A stretch of 64,000 nt of DNA from Scyliorhinus canicula. Taxonomy: Eukaryota. The stretch spans positions 12,022,514 to 12,086,513 of the forward strand of contig NC_052174.1 in NCBI RefSeq assembly GCF_902713615.1, written 5' to 3'. Within the stretch, counting starts at the first letter, position 1; every line of letters begins with the position of its first letter. The translations under genes were made by a program, and so were the position numbers. The notes under the pieces are model-generated. The model had not been told where the DNA came from and searched no databases. It saw only the letters and a program-made list of their open reading frames with translations. Below are positions 1-10,518 of the stretch, piece after piece.

Positions 1-339
1 CCCCGATTCAGGTTAAAGTTTGCTGCTGCAAAGATCTCACCTGGCCAAATTACACAATGAGGTTGACAGCACTCCCCCCCACCCAATGGTGTGTGCTCGG
101 TGCAAGCTGACACACGGCTACGAAATAATGTCATCTCCATTCATCAATCCCCGGGGATTTTGTTTTTATAAACAGTCGACAGATATGTATGGCACAGAAT
201 GAGGCCATTCAGCCCATTGTTCATGTGCCGACTGAAGGAGAGATTTCCAGGCAGGTCTCATTTTGGTCTGTTGGCCGGCAGGCCTTTCAAGCTCATATCC
301 AAATTTTCATCAATGCGATGAGGCTTTCTGCCTCTTCAA

Positions 340-810
340 CTGGATGAGAGAGGGAGCAGAGGAGATTCACCAGGATGCTGCCTGGGCTGGAGCGTCTCAG
401 CTATGGGGAGAGGCTGGTTAGGCCGGGGTTGTTTTCCTTGGAGCAGAGAAGGCCGAGGGGGGACCTGATCGAGGTGGACAATATTATGAGGGACATGGAT
501 AGGGTGGAACTTTCCCCCTTAGTAGAGGGTCAATAACCAGGGGGCAGAGATTTAAGGTCAGGGGCAGGAGATTTAGAGGGGATTTGAGGAAAAACCTTTT
601 CCCCCAGAGGATGCTGGGAATCTGGAACCCGCTGCCTGAAAGGGTGGGAGAGGCGGGAACAACATTTAAGAAGCATTTAGATGAGCGATTTAAACTCCCA
701 CAGCAAACAAGGCGACGGCCCAAGTGCTGGAAAACGGGAGTAGAATCGATTGGAACTTGATGGATGGCGCACACTCGATGGGCCGAATGGCCTCTTTCTG
801 TGCTGATTCT
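340..810 (+). mobile_element. CR1/L2-group LINE 3' fragment
   Basis: Degenerate QRRFTRMLPGL...SYGERL..LGLFSLEQRR.RGDLIEV-type ORF2 end plus the typical tail. Confidence 0.75.
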
Positions 811-1299
811 TCTCCAGACCCTCTGGGTGAAAACGTGCCCCTTCAACTCCCCTCTGGCTCTTAGTGTAAATATCTACCACTATAGTTTAATGGCCTCTCT
901 GCTAATGGAAACAGGCCCTGCTTATTTGCTCCACACAGGTTCCACATGATGTTATAAAGCACAATTAAATCTCCCCTCAGTCTCCTCTGTTCTGAAGAAG
1001 CAACCCTGCCATGTCCAAATTTTCCTCATCGCTACAATTCTCCAGGTCCTGGGACATCCTCTGTAAATCTCCTCTGTCCCCTCACTGGCACGATCACAGC
1101 CAGGGATAGCCCCCCCCCCCCCCACTCATCACGGAAACAGCAGCGATCGGATCTTTTACGCTCACCTGAGAGGCCTCGGTTTAACACCTCATTTGAAAAA
1201 GACGGCACCTCCAACAGTGCGGCACGCCCTCAGTGCCGCACTGGGGACTGTCGGCATGGACTTTTGAGCCGAGGAACCCGAGCCCACGATCTTGGTACA

Positions 1300-2030
1300 A
1301 AAATCGCAGCATGCTGCTATGCAGAGGGACCTGGGTGTCCTTGTGCGTGAATCGCAAAAAAGTTGGTTTGCAGATGCAGCAGGTAATTGAAAGAAAATGG
1401 AATTTTGTCCTTCAGTGCGAGAGGGGTGGAGTTTAAAAACAGGGAGGTCATGTTGCAGCTGTATAGGGTGCTGTTGAGGCCACACCTGGACTACTGTGTA
1501 CAGTTTTGGTCTCCTTACTTGAGAAAGGATGTACTGTCACTGGAGGGTGTGCAGAGGAGATTCACTAGGTTGATTCCGGAGTTGAGAGGCCTGGCTTATG
1601 ACGAGAGACCGAGTAGACTGGGACTGTACTCATTGGAACTTAGAAGAATGAGGGGGGAACCTTGGAGAAACATATAAAAATTATGAAGGGAATAGAAAAG
1701 ATAGAAGCCGGAAGGTTGTTTCCACTGGCAGGTGAAACTAGAACTAGGGGGCATAACCTCAAAATAAGGGGGAGCAGATTTAGGACTGAGTTAAGGAGGA
1801 ACTTCCCAAAGAGATGTGATTCTGTGGAATTCAGTGCCCAGTGAAGCAGTCGGGGCTACCTCATTGAATCTTTTTAAGGCAAAGATCTAGATTTTTGATC
1901 TGTAAAGGAATCGAGGGTTATGGTGAGCGGGCGGGTAAGTGGAGCTGAGCCCACAGAAAGATCAGCCATGATCTCATTGAATGGCAGAGCAGGCTCGTGG
2001 GCCTACTCCCGCTTCTAGTTCTCATCTTCT
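1300..2030 (+). mobile_element. CR1 LINE 3' fragment
   Basis: [21 protein letters not shown]...[10 protein letters not shown] and TRTRGHNLK. Confidence 0.88.
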
Positions 2031-2189
2031 GAGTCGGAGGGAACGGGGTGACGGTTGGCACCTACACCAGAAAATGGCCACCTAAACGAGGGTCACCATC
2101 GTCTGGGCAGCAGCAGCCAAGCGTGAGTCAGCAGCTTTGGGAGAAACGATAAAACAGGCAGTGGAATAAAGGGACAAAGGTGGATTGCT

Positions 2190-2846
2190 TCATAAAACCG
2201 ACGCACTTCCCTTTATTACTCTGAAGGGTGCCCCGTGCCCAGGAATAATGACATCAGCCAGGTTCAGCACTTTATTGCGGTTCTTGGCCTGGAGTTCGGG
2301 GTTTTCGCTCAGGAGCTGCCAGCTCCCATCATCGTCTTCCCTCTCGAACAAGTCTCCAGCCACCACCACGGTGCCCTCGTCCGTGCCCCTCACCAGGACA
2401 CTCACGTCGCTCCCGCAGTGGCCCGGGGTGGCAAAGACCTCGATGCAATCGTCGATCGCGAAGGGGAGGCCAGCCTGGAAGTCGTGGCTGAGGTAGACGT
2501 CCCCCCGGCAGACGTCGTACGACACGATGACGGTGGCCCGGGGGAAGAGGTTCAGGTTGCCGACATGGTCCGAGTGCCCGTGGGTGCACACCACAAACGA
2601 GACGTCCGCCGGCGCCAGGCCGTGAGCCTCCAGTCCCAACAGGATGGCCCCCTTGTCCCAGGGGTTGCCCGTGTCCACCAGGACCGCCCGTCTCCCCTTC
2701 AGCAGCGTTACTGTGCCGTCCGCCTTCATGTTGCCGTCTGTGTCGGTGTAAGCGTAGCCCTCTTTGATCACAAAGACCGAGTACTGCTTTCCCAGGATTG
2801 TGGATGAGCCGACAGGCTCTGTCCGGATTCTGGGAGCGCCGTTCAT
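2190..2846 (-). CDS. MBLAC1: Metallo-beta-lactamase domain-containing protein 1, single coding exon, 218 aa
   Basis: The ORF has the MBL metal motifs LVDTG, THGHSDH (HxHxDH), TPGH, AGDLF and IIPGHG. N-terminal RTEP...YSV..EGYA...ADGTVTL matches recalled vertebrate MBLAC1. The first ATG is at 2846 (the ORF-track start at 2852 is TTG). An acceptor with a pyrimidine tract (tttccaattaag|) puts the exon start at 2907. Confidence 0.95.
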   Translation of the reverse strand: MNGAPRIRTEPVGSSTILGKQYSVFVIKEGYAYTDTDGNMKADGTVTLLKGRRAVLVDTGNPWDKGAILLGLEAHGLAPADVSFVVCTHGHSDHVGNLNLFPRATVIVSYDVCRGDVYLSHDFQAGLPFAIDDCIEVFATPGHCGSDVSVLVRGTDEGTVVVAGDLFEREDDDGSWQLLSENPELQAKNRNKVLNLADVIIPGHGAPFRVIKGSASVL

Positions 2847-3326
2847 CGCCAATCAGCAGCTTGGGATGGCCAATGTACCGGGAGAAATCTCCAAACAACG
2901 TCCAGTTCTTAATTGGAAAGACCAAAGGAAACAAAAACAAATAGATTTGCTGCTCCGAGTTGAACATACTCTGAAATATAATTTAATCGTTTCTATACCT
3001 GGACCAATAAACATTAAAAAAATGATTTAATGGGATGTGGACGTCGCGGTGCCAGCATTTGTTACCCATCCCTAATTTCCCTTTTACTGAGCGTCTCGTC
3101 AGCCATTTCAGAGGGGCCGTTAAAGAGTCAATCCCATTGGCTGTGGGTCCTGGAGTTACGTGTAGGCCAGGCAGGGGTAAGGACGGCAGATTTCCCTCCC
3201 CTAAAGGGGACATCGGTGAACCCAGTTGGGGTTTTAACAACAGTCGATGATAGTTTCATGGGCATTATTACTGAGACTAGCTTTGCAACCCGGAATTTTA
3301 AAATTTAATTTAAATTCCTCCAGCTG

Positions 3327-3673
3327 CCTCCCTCCTCGGGATACCCCAGCCCCTCCCTCCTCGGGATACCCCAGCCCCTCCCTCCTCGGGATACCCCAGC
3401 CCCTCCCTCCTCGGGATACCCCAGCACCTCCCTCCTCGGGATACCCCAGCCCCTCCCTCCTCGGGATACCCCAGCCCCTCCCTCCTCGGGATACCCCAGC
3501 ACCTCCCTCCTCGGGATACCCCAGCACCTCCCTCCTCGGGATACCCCAGCCCCTCCCTCCTCGGGATACCCCAGCCCCTCCCTCCTCGGGATACCCCAGC
3601 CCCTCCCTCCTCGGGATACCCCAGCCCCTCCCTCCTCGGGATACCCCAGCCCCTCCCTCCTCGGGATACCCCA
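3327..3673. repeat. 25-nt minisatellite (CCTCCTCGGGATACCCCAGCCCCTC), ~14 copies
   Basis: Direct periodicity of 25. Confidence 0.95.
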
Positions 3674-4123
3674 AAGCACTTTGCAAGCCGACAAAGGACC
3701 AGAGCGCGGTCACCGTTGTAATGTCGGAAACACATGCAGCCACTTTGGACGCAGGATGATCCCAGGCCGAGATAACGGCCGGAGAATTTTTTGCCTTGAG
3801 TGACGAGGGAAGAATATTGTCCAGGACACGGCCCTGCTCCTCTTTGAGTAGCGTCTGTGCGGAATCTCTCATGTTCAGCTAAGAGGGGGGAGAGTCTGTT
3901 TAGCATCTCTCCTGAGGCTGGGAAGGGGGGGGGGGGGGGGGGGAGTTGCTGGGAGGCTGCTTGATGCAAGTGAAGAGTTTTAAATTGTTTTGTTCCCTTG
4001 AATTAGTCAGCAGAGCTCTGAAGGTAACATCTTGCTGGCTCAATCTTTTTATGACTCATTATATTGACTGCAAAGAATAGGTTAGATACGTCAATTGCTG
4101 GGGGCACAGGCAGATGCAGCTGA

Positions 4124-4470
4124 GGCAGCACGGTAGCATGGTGGTTAGCATCAATGCTTCACAGCTCCAGGGTCCCAGGTTCGATTCCCGGCTGGGTCAC
4201 TGTCTGTGTGGAGTCTGCACGTCCTCCCCGTGTGTGCGTGGGTTTCCTCCGGGCGCTCCGGTTTCCTCCCACAGTCCAAAGATGTGCGGGTTAGGTGGAT
4301 TGGCCGTGCTAAATTGCCCGTAGTGTCCTTAAAAGTAAGGTTGGGGGGGGGGGGGTTTGTTGGGTTACGGGTATAGGGTGGATACGTGGGTTTGAGTAGG
4401 GTGATCATTGCTCGGCACAACATAGAGGGCCGAAGGGCCTGTTCTGTGCTGTACTGTTCTATGTTCTATG
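4124..4470 (+). mobile_element. tRNA-derived V-domain SINE (HE1-like), full length
   Basis: A/B boxes (tggttagc, ggttcgattcc), V-domain gggtttcctccggg.gctccggtttcctcccacagtccaaagatgtgc, and a CR1-like (tgttcta)n tail. Other copies lie at ~6950-7190, 19652-20000, 26566-26909 (-), 37232-37560 (-), 48145-48368, 49880-50225 (-) and 53950-54240 (-). Confidence 0.88.
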
Positions 4471-4779
4471 AATGTCCCAGGTTCGACCACACCTGCTCTT
4501 TGCTGAATGAGACAATCTCAGCAGTCCAGCTCCATTTGCATTCACCTGGGGGGGGAGATAGGAGAGGAGGAGGGCAGAAAGGAGAGCGATTCTGCAGTCA
4601 CTCTCCGTCCGTCTTGACTTGGGGAGAGGCCAGGAGGAGTGGGAACAGGAAATAAAGAGAGGGGGAAGGACTGAGAGGAGAGATAAAAAGAAGGCGGGAA
4701 GGAGATAAGAGGGATTCTGTGATTCTGAGATCATATTTTGGGTGTTATTTGGGGGGGGGGAGCTTGGGTTTATTTTGGC

Positions 4780-5225
4780 CAGTTTGGGGGTATTTTGGGA
4801 GGTTTTGGGGGTATTTTGGGAGGTTTGGGGGGTATTTTGGGAGGTTTGGGGGGTATTTTGGGCGGTTTTAGGGGTATTTTGGGAGGTTTTGGGGGTATTT
4901 TGGGCAGTTTTGGGGGTATTTTGGGAGGTTTTAGGGGTATTTTGGGAGGTTTTGGGGGTATTTTGGGCGGTTTTAGGGGTATTTTGGGAGGTTTTGGGGG
5001 TATTTTGGGCAGTTTTAGGGGTATTTTGGGAGGTTTTGGGGGTATTTTGGGCGGTTTTGGGGGTATTTCGGGAGGTTTTAGGGGTATTTTGGGAGGTTTT
5101 GGGGGTATTTTGGGCAGTTTTAGGGGTATTTTGGGAGGTTTTGGGGGTATTTTGGGCGGTTTTAGGGGTATTTTGGGCGGTTTTAGGGGTATTTTGGGAG
5201 GTTTTGGGGGTATTTTGGGTGATTT
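4780..5225. repeat. 21-nt G/T-rich minisatellite (GGGGGTATTTTGGGAGGTTTT), ~21 copies with degenerate flanks
   Basis: Direct periodicity of 21; gives the spurious GGILGGF ORF. Confidence 0.95.
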
Positions 5226-5510
5226 GGGTTTTTTTTCGGTGATTTGGGGGGTGTTTTGGGGATTTTTGTGGGGGGCATTTTAGCAGTTTTGGGGATAATT
5301 TGGGAGGTTTTGTGGCGTTTTGGGAGGTTTTGGGGGTGTTGGGTGATTTGGGGGATTTTCTCTTCTGAGGCCCCGGGACGGTTCTGACTCTCCGCCCGGG
5401 TGGAGGCTCCTCCCAGCGGGGCTGGGTTGCAAATTGAGGCCGGGGATCGGGTGAGACCGGAGGCCTCAGACTTTAAAGCGAGATTATTCCCAGACCCGCC
5501 CGGGACTAAC

Positions 5511-5660
5511 CTGAGCCGCCTCCAACCCGCCCGCCGCCTCTTTCCGCTCCCGGTCCACAATAAATCCGCCCGCCCGCTTCACTCAGTCCGGGCTTCCCGC
5601 GGTGAACCTGCAGATCAACGCAGTCCTCTGAATAACCAGCTTCCCGCGCCCTCCCGCAAG
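5511..5660 (-). promoter_or_regulatory. MBLAC1: Putative MBLAC1 non-coding first exon / CpG-rich promoter
   Basis: GC/CpG-rich patch at ~5370-5670 with a minus-strand donor CTCAG|GTTAGT at 5511/5510. The TSS cannot be determined from sequence. Confidence 0.55.
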
Positions 5661-6004
5661 GACAGCGTGCATTGATTTATTGGGGCAGCTTCAACACAGT
5701 CAACATCAGAAAAGGGGTCCCAGAGGCAGGCAAGGGGAGCAAAGCAGTGGGAATGCTGCAAATGCTCAGCAGGGCTGGCAGCATCTGTGATGATTCAGAT
5801 CAAATTACCTTCCAAATTGGAGGGTCACCAGATCAGGGGGGGGATCGTCCATAAACTCCCCGAATCGCTTTCACGGATTGACGGGAGGTTACAGCTGTCC
5901 CCGATGCCATGCCATCCGCATTACCACACCCAAGCCCGTCGGAGCGGTCTTGACCTCCCGACATGCTCGTGTGTTACGGAGCCCCGCTCCGTCACGACAC
6001 CAGT

Positions 6005-6865
6005 GGGATTTAGATCGTTTGGAGACTTGGGCGGAGAGATGGCAGATGGAGTTTAATCCAGACAAATGTGAGGTGATGCATTTTGGAAGGTCTAATGCAG
6101 GTAGGGAATATACAGTGAATGGTAGAACCCACAAGAGTATTGACAGTCAGAGAGATCTAGGTGTGCAGGTCCACAGGTCACTGAAAGTGGAAACACAGGT
6201 GAAGAAGGTAGTCAAGAAGGCATGCGGCATGCTTGCCTTCATTGGCCGGGGCATTGAGTGTAAGAATTGGCAAGTCATGTTGCAGCTGTATAGAACCTTA
6301 GTTAGGCCACACTTGGAGTATAGTGTTCAATTCTGGTCGCCACACTACCAGAAGGATGCGGAGGCTTTAGAGAGGGTGCAGAAGAGATTTACCAGGATGT
6401 TGCCTGGTATGGAGGGCATTAGCTATGAGGAGAGGTTGAATAAACTCGGTTTGTTCTCACTGGAACGACGGAGGTTGAGGGGTGACCTGATATAGGTCTA
6501 CAAAATCATAAGGGGCATAGACTTAGAGTGGATAGTCAGAGGCGTTTCCCCAGGGTAGAGGGGTCAATTACTAGGGGACATAGGTTTAAGGTGTGAGGGG
6601 CAAGGTTTAGAGGAGATGTACGAGGCAAGTTTTTTTTAAACACAGAACAGTGGGTGTCTGGAACTCGCTGCCGGAGGAGGTGGTGGAAGCAGGGACGATA
6701 GTGACATTTAAGGGGCATCTTGACAAATACATGAATCAGATGGGAATAGAGGGATACGGACCCAGGAAGTGGAGAAGATTTTAGTTTAGACGGGCAGCAT
6801 GGTTGGCGCAGGCTTGGAGGGCCGAAGGACCTGTTCCTGTGCTGTACTTTTCTTTGTTCTTTTTC
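6005..6865 (+). mobile_element. CR1 LINE 3' fragment
   Basis: WQMEFNPDKCEVMHFG...[20 protein letters not shown]...RLRGDLI, followed by the 3' tail. Confidence 0.92.
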
Positions 6866-9800
6866 AGTGAGCAAGTTCAAACATTCGCAGCATTTCGGTT
6901 TAAGACTGGGGTCCCCGGGAAACAATTGTGTTGTAGGCTCGAGGGAGTGGGCAGCACAGTGGTTAGCTTGGCTGCCTCACAGCGCCAGGGACCTGTGTTC
7001 AATTCCAGTCTTGGGCCACTGTCTGTGCAGAGTCTGCACGTTCTCCCCGTGTCTGCGCGGGTTTCCTCCGGGTGCGCCGGTTTCCTCCCACAGTCCAAAG
7101 ATGTGCAGGTTAGGGGCCTGGGTAGGGTGCTCTTTCAGGTCGGTGCAGACCCGATGGGCTGAATGGCCTCCTTCAGCACAGAAGGGATTCCGTGGACTCT
7201 GCCAGTACTACATTTTGGTCAGCAGAACAGGGAGCTCAGTCGGTACTCAGAATGTGCGGTTCTAGGTTGCACAGAGGAACAAAGGGATCTCAGAGAACAA
7301 ACGCAGCCATGTGTATGACAGTTTCACATCAGGCAGAGCACTGTCGCTGGAAGCTATGAAGTGAGTTAAATGTTCTATACCTGCAACAGTAGTGAACTCG
7401 CCAACATTGAGGGCATTTAAAAGTTTATTGGATAAGCATATGGATGATAAGGGCATAGTGTAGGTTAGATGGCCTTTAGTTTTTTTCCATGTCGGTGCAA
7501 CATCGAGGGCCGAAGGACCTGTACTGCGCTGTATCGTTCTATGTTCTACGTTCTATGAGCGGTGACCGTGACAGGTTACTGTGGATTTTTACACCTTAAA
7601 CTGGCACCGATACTAAGCAGCCATATTTCCAAAGCATTTTTTCAAAACTTTTGTTGTATCATCTCTCAAATAATCATTAGATTCCGATTCAGCAGGTTCA
7701 ATAATTGCCTTAAGGGAATTGGCATAAATACTCGAGAGATTGACTGGCTTGCTCTCACAGAGCTCGTACAGGCTCGATGGGCTGAATGGCCTTCTGTACT
7801 GTATTGATTCTGGCATCAGCGAGCCTTCATTTCAGGTGTGTTTCGCGGTGTCAGAGGCGGCCTCGCCATTTTCCCGCAGTGAAATCTTCCAGACCCGCCA
7901 ATGTCGATGGGGTTTGGCATACCCTGTACTGTTCCCCCCGCCAGGGAATGCGCCGTGGGGATCGGAAAAATCACCGTCAGCGGGACTGGGAAGATGCCAC
8001 CGGCAGGAAAGGGCTGGAACGTTGCGGCCAAACCGTTTGCAACAGACACAATATATTCTGAAAGAGACCCTTTATTGTTCTATATACTTAAATATAAAAA
8101 TACTGTAAAAATACTGAACACGTGAAACAAATACAAAATAGAAAATTCCGGAAGGTGCAAGGGAAGTCGTCACAAAACGTGCTGCCACGTGGGTGTAAAA
8201 CGTTGTGTTTACGGAGATATTATGGAGCACACTTGGGCGTGTTTACTGGACAGACGCTAGTAAGAACTGATCATGGCTCACTGTGACAATAAGGTCAAGA
8301 TTTACATAAGACATTTCCACCCCCACCATCCTGTACCTGGCAGTTCCTTTCACAGGCGTGTCCTGTGCGAGATTCCTTGAAGCGAACGCTTCAGAGCTTA
8401 AACAACCAAAAATAAAAATACAAGAAGAGGCTGGCGGTGGGCTAACTCGTCGAGCCGGTGGGCTAACTCGTCGAGCCGGTGAGCTCCAGCAGATGAGCCA
8501 GCAGAGAGGACGTTGTTACTCAACGTCTCGAGTCACCCCCCCGCAGAGCACGGAGCACCTTGTAGACATTGATAGCGTTACGGTTAAGTTGCAAAGGGCG
8601 TATACTATTAGTTTGCAGCAGGTGTTGCTCAGCTGCCCTACAACAGGAACCTTGTGTTGACTCATGCCTGGCGAGCCAGGAGCAGCCTAGTACGGATTCC
8701 TTACTGGTCTATCGAATGGAAAAGCATAGGCAGAGGAGGTTTATCAAAGATCCACCTGCAGGATATCTGCCTTTCCACACACACAGTTTGGGTTTACGGT
8801 GTCAAAGTTACAGGGGACAAAGAAAGTGCAATCTCTTCTTTCCGGAGCCTTGGTCACAGATCGATCAGCTATGATCGTATTGACTAGCAGGGTTGGCTCA
8901 AAGGGCCGAATGGACCACTCCCTGCTCCCGCGTCCTATATGCAGCTCGCTGAATATTCAGGCAGAACGTGGCGAGGGAACGTCATGAGCTTGCCTGGCAT
9001 TCATATTTGCTACGGAGGCGGCTCAGAGAAGGGTCACTGGGCTGAAGGTTGAAGGTCAAGCTGCTCGGGCCTACACTAGTTGCCGAGTTCAGAAGACCAA
9101 AGAGGTAAAAATAGAAGGTCCTGAGGGGGGGGCCTTTATAATGTGGACACGCAGAGGATGCACCCCCTCCCCTCGTTCTTCTCTCCAACAAAGGGCAGTG
9201 GAGGCTGAGACACTGAATTCGTTCAAGGCCGATTTAGACAGATTCCAGATCTAGGAGGGAGTTAAGGGGCATGGGGGAACGGGCAAGACGGTGGGAGCAG
9301 AGGCCACAATCTGCTCAGCCACCATTTTATTGCATGGTGGAGGTGGCCCAAGGGCCGCTCCTGTTTCTTAGGTGGTCCGAGGGGGGGGGAGTAGGTTTCC
9401 CAAGGCGTGGGCCCTGGTGGTGGTCAAAGAGGCAGTTTTCCTCATCCTGAATAGCGTGTCACTGATCCATCAGTATTTGAATTCAATTACAATCTGGAAT
9501 TAAAGGTTTTACATTGGTAGCAGTCAGTCGATTGTTTTGGTTGATCACCTTGTAAAGTGCGCTGCTCAGGCAAGGCGAGAGAAGCAGAGCGTTTAGGGCG
9601 CCGGAGGTGGAGTCCATTTTGCGCAGTCGGCAACTCCGTACCTCTCTGGCGCAGGCTCTGATGAGGCCTAAACACAATGAAGCTCGCGCGGCTGTACCCG
9701 AAATGGATCGGCTGGTGCAATGTGGAGTTTTGAGTTAGGTGGAGTTGGTCCCTCAAGAGGCCGCCTGTTGCACAGGATTCTGGGATCAAGTGGATTCCCC

Positions 9801-10336
9801 GGGAAGCGGGAAATTCGAGCCGGTTTCGGTCCAGTTTCCCTTTGGATTGAAATACTCAGCAGGGGCCTGCTGCTACATCCCGAGACTCTGCCTATCTCCT
9901 AGCCCCATTGTTGACACAGGGAAGATTATAAAACACCCGGTTACAGCCTGGGATGAGGATTAAAGCATCCCCAGTTAGCAAGCAGTCTTTATTATAAGGA
10001 ATGTCCGTGATTTTGAATCTTGTGATGGGTGGGGACGAGTTGCTGCCTACAGCTCTTTGGGTTACGCCAAAAGATTAAAATGGCACTATTATTCCCTAAT
10101 ACTTCCATGTCACTGAGTATAAGAAACAGAAGTACAAAGACACCTTTGCAGGCTGGAGTGGTCAGGGTACAAGGTTACACTGCACTCGGAAAGCCCTGGA
10201 TTAAGAGATATAATACCGAGGATCAAACAGCCTCCGTTAATGGTACTGATGAGGTTAGTCACTGGCCGGCAAAGCCGGTGCTTTTCTATCCATGTTCGGG
10301 AGTCGGGAAGGCCAAGAGTTCAGCAGCGGCGCGAGG

Positions 10337-10518
10337 TCAGAGTTCAGCAGCGTCGTGATGCACGGATTCCTGACCAGCCAGCACACCCTCGCCGCTCTCC
10401 ACCCCATCCCCTTGGCCGCCCGTCCGTGGTTGCTCCTCCCCGTCAGCCTCCTGTCTCCTCCTCTCCTGGTTGTCGGCTGGGTCGCCCTTCTGTCCCGTCC
10501 ACACTTCAGTCAGGCAAT
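10337..10518 (-). CDS. CNPY4: CNPY4 last coding exon ([13 protein letters not shown]...HHDAAEL*)
   Basis: Poly-C acceptor ctgcag|; TGA at 10339-10337; acidic tail ending in a KDEL-like AAEL. Confidence 0.92.

Noticed and set aside
4124-4200. tRNA genes at SINE heads
   Set aside because: A/B boxes are present but continue into SINE bodies, so these are not standalone tRNAs.
4738-5283. Gly-rich ORF (GGILGGF)n resembling a structural protein
   Set aside because: It is a 21-nt DNA repeat open in two frames, with no ATG or exon context.
10246-10275. CTGATGA followed by a stem, hammerhead-like
   Set aside because: It is followed by GGCAAA rather than GAAA, with no stem I/III or cleavage triplet. 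The minus-strand CTGATGA...GAAA at ~11470-11487 also lacks a valid stem II and is SINE-derived.
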